Below are positions 59,070 to 64,000 of a stretch of DNA of 64,000 nt, piece after piece. The stretch lies in NCBI GenBank assembly GCA_965153285.1, contig OZ229110.1; one strand, written 5' to 3'. The first letter of the stretch is position 1. Each line of letters begins with the position of its first letter. Below the pieces are notes generated by a model. It was not told the origin of the DNA. It was given only the letters and a program-made list of their open reading frames with translations, and did not search any database. The translations under genes and the position numbers were made by a program. The DNA comes from Podarcis tiliguerta. Lineage: Eukaryota.

Positions 59070-62000
59070 GTACAATTTTATATGGGTTATTGCTATTAAA
59101 TTATTGTTAATTGACAGTTCCTGCCACGGAGGCAAAGGTGCTCTACACAGAAACCGTTTCCTATCTGCAAGGGATGCTAAACTGCAATTCTGAGCAAGTG
59201 GTGTTCCTTTAAAACATTTGTGGAATGGAGGACATACCTTAGTAGCAATCCCCTTCCATGGCTGAGAAGCTGTTGGGAGGGAGGCTGGTGGGAGAGAAAG
59301 AAAAGCCAAATTGGGTCCCATGTCAACCCATCTCCTGCACTTGTCTCTCAGCAATGTTGGGTTGGGGAGGCATATCTGGGTATAAATACAATTTTGTGAT
59401 GGCCAAGACTTTCAGCATAGCTTATCAGCAAAAGTTATTTAAATCTGTTTTGTATACATTGTTTATAAACCAGCACAAATGTTTCAGGAGTGGGCTGGCA
59501 GATAACTGTTTGTTTTGTTTTTAATTACAGATAAATGGTCGAACAGATTAATAGATGGGGACAAGATGATCACTAAATTTCATGAGTACACAGATGGTAG
59601 AGTATGAGTTGTTCATGAAATATTTTTGCATGAGTACATACCTTCTTGTCTCCCCTTTTCTGCAACCCCCAGCCTGTACACAAACTAACTTGATGCCACC
59701 TTCCTCCTAAGCACCCTTTTCACCTTCTACCCACTAATGAAGCAAATAGCCTCTCCTCTTCTGAAGTCACTGTCATACTCCTGCTTTCACTTCGCAATCA
59801 TGGCCATGCTGCCCACTCCCTCCTTTTTTGTGAACTCCCTTTGCACTCCCCCATTTTCATCTTCACCTCCCTTTCCCTTCCTCCTTTTTCTCAACTCTTG
59901 CTTGCACTGAGACTGCCCCCATTTCTATGCCTCTTCCTCCCTCTAATTCTGTAGCCCTCTTACTTTTGCAGACATATCTTACTGTATCTTTAAGGTGTAT
60001 AGAAATCTTAGAGCGAGCCTGTCACTTAGCTTGTTTAGTTAGAGACGGTTAATTAATGGATGTTGAAAATACCCGAGTGCTTGCTTGTTAATAAAACACC
60101 TGTTCTAAATGGCTACATGGAATCTGGAACTTAATGTAGAAGACAACACATAGTACTAGGAGTCAAACAACATTAGAAGCAGCTAAGGAATGGAAGATGG
60201 AGAGGTTTGAGTAGAGCAGGGATAAAGCAACACTAAGGGGGGACAGGGAGTGGCAGTTTTGAACCATGGCTGAGGCTTGAGTAGAGCGAGTAGAGCGAGT
60301 GAAGGTGGGGGATATGGGAAAAATTTGGTGGTTGAAAACAAGGTTTGAATATAGTGAGAAGGGAGTTGAGAAATGCTTTGTTCTGTTAGCTTATAGATAT
60401 TGGCTTCCAGAGCTGGCCCAGCCATTAAGCAGGGTGAACCCACGGCCTCAGGTGGCACTCTTGCAGGTACCCTGCCTTGCCCCTCTGCCAGCAGCAGAGA
60501 AGCACTGCCAGCAGCACCTCAGTGAGATATTGTCTGAAAAAAGCACAGTCGCTTCTCTGCCATGGCAAATGCGGCAGGGCATGCAGTGTGACAGCAGGGC
60601 AGGGTGCCACTTCCCGTTTTGCCTTAAGCGGCAAAATAGGATGTGCTGCCTCTGTTTCTAAAATCTAAAATGTCAAACTGTTGTTCTGTTACTAAAGATT
60701 AATCAGCAGACTTTGCATTTATGGGATAAGAGGACAGGTCCTTGTCTGGATTAGAAACTTGTTAATGAACATGAAGCTGATTATAGGAGTAAGTGGACAG
60801 TTCTCACAATGGTAGGATATAAGAGGTGGGGCATGCCAATTATTAATATTGGTAGCAATGCTTTTCAACTTGTTTGTAAATTATCAGGGATATGGGGTGA
60901 GCAGTGAGCAAAGTTTTCCAAGTTCTCCCTGTTGCATGTAGAAGCCTGTCAGAAGAACAAATCCATTGAGGAAAAACAAGAGAAATTATCTGAAGTACTT
61001 GCTGACCTTAAGGATGGCAGAAAGGAAGAGGCAGACTTGATGGCTACTATTCAAGAGCTCAGAGAAGAATTGATCATAAAAAGTAAAAGTAAGTCACAAT
61101 CAAAATGGTGATAAAGAATTCTAGTTCTGGCGAGATTGGAAAATGCCATACTATTTGAGAAATGTGTGACAAAGGGCCACATCACGTTAGTTTAACTCCA
61201 TGAACATGATTTCCCCATAGTGAAATGTGTACTAAAATGTATGATGTATTTGCCTGTGATTTATAAAAATCTGGCAGCTTATGCAAGTGTCACTTCTGAA
61301 TAAATGCATTAAAATATGACACTTTTAGGAGCTTTATAAGTGTGTTACATTTAGGGCAATAGAAAGGACTATGACTGCAATCCTTGGCATACTTTTGAGT
61401 AGATATACATAGGATTATATAGTAAGGCTTGCTTTCTAACTTGGGAAGCAAAATGACCCATCAAAATACCTTAATATTAAAAAAAACATTGGTGGGAAAG
61501 ATGTATTCATATTAAAGTATTCAGTTGAGTAGGAACAAACCACATCAAGAAAATGAAATTTTGATGGGGCAGGTGGCTCATTAAATAGTATGTTGTTGTT
61601 TTAAAAAGCATGTATTAACTCCTCATTTGTAGAATTCAGATGAGGCAGCAAACAAGAGAGGCCAAGATTTGATAGGTTTATCAAATAGTTTTTTTAAAAA
61701 ATACAACTTTAGGTTAATGGCATAGATGAAAAAAACCACTGCGTCTTATTTTGTTTAAATCTCAGTTAAAAGCAAGCCCCCAGAAGAAATCATGGAAAGA
61801 CTTCATAAGTCTGAAAAACTATTTAAAGAGCGGCTTGGGTTAGAAATACGCAAAACTGGTGGTAAGACTGATGTGTTCATTTCTATAATTTCAGGGTGTG
61901 ACTAGTATTGTTTTGCTGTAGCAGAATTAATCCATTAACTGCCCAATAAAAAGCGCAACAAGTGTGAACTTGAATAGAAACAGTTTCCCATGCAAGTGTG

Positions 62001-63535
62001 CCCTAACACCTGTACAAAAGGCTGCTGTAAAGAAGAAAGCCATTGCATCCAGCATATACTCGTGTCCTGAAAGTGCATTGTCTAATGGATAATTGGTGCT
62101 GATAGTTCTGGTCCTTTCTGGGTCCTATATAGATGAGTGAGAAGCAGCCGCCACAACTGTTCAGTGCTGTCAGTAATCTCATTTTACAGGGGCAGCAGGG
62201 AAAAGAGGATTTTGCAATCATGGCAACAAACAGGTTGCTTTTTTGTTCACAAACCAACTTTTTGAGATGGAACACCCTAGCATTGCATCATGTATGATTA
62301 CGCTATCAGTTTTCTAAGTACCTAAACCAAAATGATGCATGCTTCTTTGGGGAGGGGGTTCATGTTGCCTATCCAATCAATTATCACAATCTTGGATTGT
62401 TTTACTTGCGTACTTCCATAAGGAAGAGGCCAAAAATTGGGGTTATTGTACACATTCTCTCTTCCCTTCCAAATGCACTTTTGATTGAGCAATATACTGT
62501 GCTAGGTATATGGAAAACGGGTAGGATGGTGGCATTATATAGATGATAATGAAGTAAGTCATCAGTTAGGGTGATATCAGTCATCCGAATAAGAATCCTA
62601 TTCACTGAAGGGGCACATGATCTAATGAGGCCTCTGCTCATGGAAAGGGCTGGAAATGATTTTTACTAGTTTCCCCTGCAGCCTCCTCTACCAACTCTCA
62701 TGTGGTTTGAGGCTCCCTCTCACTTGGAGTGGGGGGGAGGATTGATGAAACTTGCCTTTCCCTATTCTGTGAACAGGAGCATCCCATGAGCAGAACTCCA
62801 TCCATGGATCTCTGAATCCAGCCCCCCTAATCTTCAGAGCGTAATTTGAACAAAATAGGGTGACTGGTGCTATCTAGACTGAGCAGATACATTTCTATGT
62901 AATGTGAATCCTTTAACTTGGTAAAAATACAGCAGCAGTTTAAGACTTAGTAAAATGTTGCAGGGACATGAAACACATGCAAATGAATGTTACGTGACAC
63001 ACTTAACGAAATATTGTTTTTGCCTTTAGCAAGTCATTTGCAGTTTATATTCCGTTGTGTTGACCACAAAGATCTTGAGAAACCATACATACTTACCCTT
63101 ACCATAAATGAAGAGGGAGCTTATGAAGGTATGTATAAAGTTTATGGATACTGTTGCATTTCATAGTGGAACTGTTTTCTATAAATCTAATCTCAGATCA
63201 TCATTCTCTCTCTCCACACACTGTAAAAAGGCATTAGCGTTTAGATTCTGCTTTTAAAAAATCACCTAATCTTTAGATTCTGCTTTAAAAAATCACCTAA
63301 TCTTTGCAGCAAGAATTGTTACCTCCAGTATATTAAGATTCACTAACTTCATGGTTTGGATAAAGTAGCAACTTATGCAACAACTTATGTTTTTCCCTAT
63401 TTTCTCCTAGTGATTTCTTGTTTTCCTCCTCTGGACTGTATAGAAGAACTGCAGCAAAAAGTGAGGGAAACCAGCAATTTTTCTGCATTTATTGCTAACG
63501 TCAGGAAAGCCTTCATCGCTTTGACTTATAAATGA
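58916..63535 (+). CDS. SPC25: Kinetochore protein Spc25 (NDC80 complex), complete spliced CDS, 228 aa
   Basis: Six GT-AG coding exons (154+66+147+96+99+125 = 687 nt). Coiled-coil N-terminal half; [16 protein letters not shown] and [13 protein letters not shown] motifs of the Spc25 RWD domain; synteny. Confidence 0.95.
59531..59596 (+). CDS. SPC25: SPC25 coding exon 2
   Basis: tacag|...|gtagag; [21 protein letters not shown], 66 nt. Confidence 0.87.
60942..61088 (+). CDS. SPC25: SPC25 coding exon 3
   Basis: tgtag|...|gtaagt; [15 protein letters not shown]...IQELREEL, 147 nt. Confidence 0.9.
61766..61861 (+). CDS. SPC25: SPC25 coding exon 4
   Basis: ctcag|...|gtaaga; [22 protein letters not shown]. 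Confidence 0.9.
63030..63128 (+). CDS. SPC25: SPC25 coding exon 5
   Basis: tttag|...|gtatgt; [32 protein letters not shown]. Confidence 0.92.
63240..63305. repeat. ~32-bp tandem duplication
   Basis: tttagattctgcttt(t)aaaaaatcacctaatc occurs twice. Confidence 0.85.
63411..63535 (+). CDS. SPC25: SPC25 last coding exon
   Basis: cctag|...TGA; [40 protein letters not shown]. Confidence 0.93.
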
Positions 63536-63580
63536 TATGTTGTTATATATGTAAATCTGTCTGGATATCTTTTCTGTTTA

Positions 63581-63586
63581 AATAAA
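63581..63586 (+). terminator. Probable SPC25 polyadenylation signal
   Basis: AATAAA 45 nt after the stop codon. Confidence 0.6.
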
Positions 63587-64000
63587 AGAAAGTAGGCATT
63601 CATCGTAACTATTTGACCTTCAGATAGAGTTTGAGTTGCACCTGGGCTATGCTACCTCTGGTTTTCATGAAGACAGATCAGATCCTGGGCTCCTCAGATT
63701 TGAACAGGGTTGCATTTGCAGATCAGAAAGTTTTGCTTTATTTAGTAGCACCAGTTTCTAGGTTAGGGCAGGGCAGATGTCATTTCCCCCTAAAGCCTTC
63801 TGTTTCATTCAGAGCTGCCCATGGAATGTGGGCACATCAAACTCAGTCTCTGAACAAGGTATAGTAAATGTCTGCTTTCACTGTATTACTCTTAAAAAAA
63901 CAAAACAAAAAGTTTGCCGCCCAGTACAAGCTAAAACCAGTCCCATTAAATGACAAATATCAATATTGTGGTTCCTTAACAATGCAATCCTATACATGTC

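Noticed and set aside
1-64000. A novel multi-gene system, CRISPR array or prokaryote-style accessory locus
   Set aside because: All convincing coding sequence belongs to three known vertebrate genes in conserved order; there is no regularly spaced repeat-spacer array.

Overview
Vertebrate genomic DNA from a squamate reptile, probably a lacertid lizard (inferred from Sauria SINEs and Squam3-like SINEs with (CTT)n tails). It carries the conserved ABCB11 - G6PC2 - SPC25 block. ABCB11 (bile salt export pump) has 25 coding exons on + (685..35418); its 5' exons lie upstream of the window. G6PC2 (islet glucose-6-phosphatase 2) is complete on - (41459..46868, 5 exons, 355 aa). SPC25 (NDC80 complex) is complete on + (58916..63535, 6 coding exons, 228 aa) with a CpG-island G2/M-type promoter. 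Introns and intergenic DNA hold Tc1/mariner and hAT MITEs, SINEs, LINE 3' fragments and a solo LTR, often nested; there is one 596-N gap. I found no new multi-gene system. The most notable points are a GC-AG intron required by reading frame in ABCB11, a MITE inserted at the edge of a splice donor, a DNESE-to-DNKSE change after the NBD1 D-loop, a solo LTR with an intact TSD, and a MITE family carrying the same ACTACAATTCCCA (ZNF143/THAP11-type) motif as the SPC25 promoter. Comparisons with human genes are from memory, not from alignments run here.
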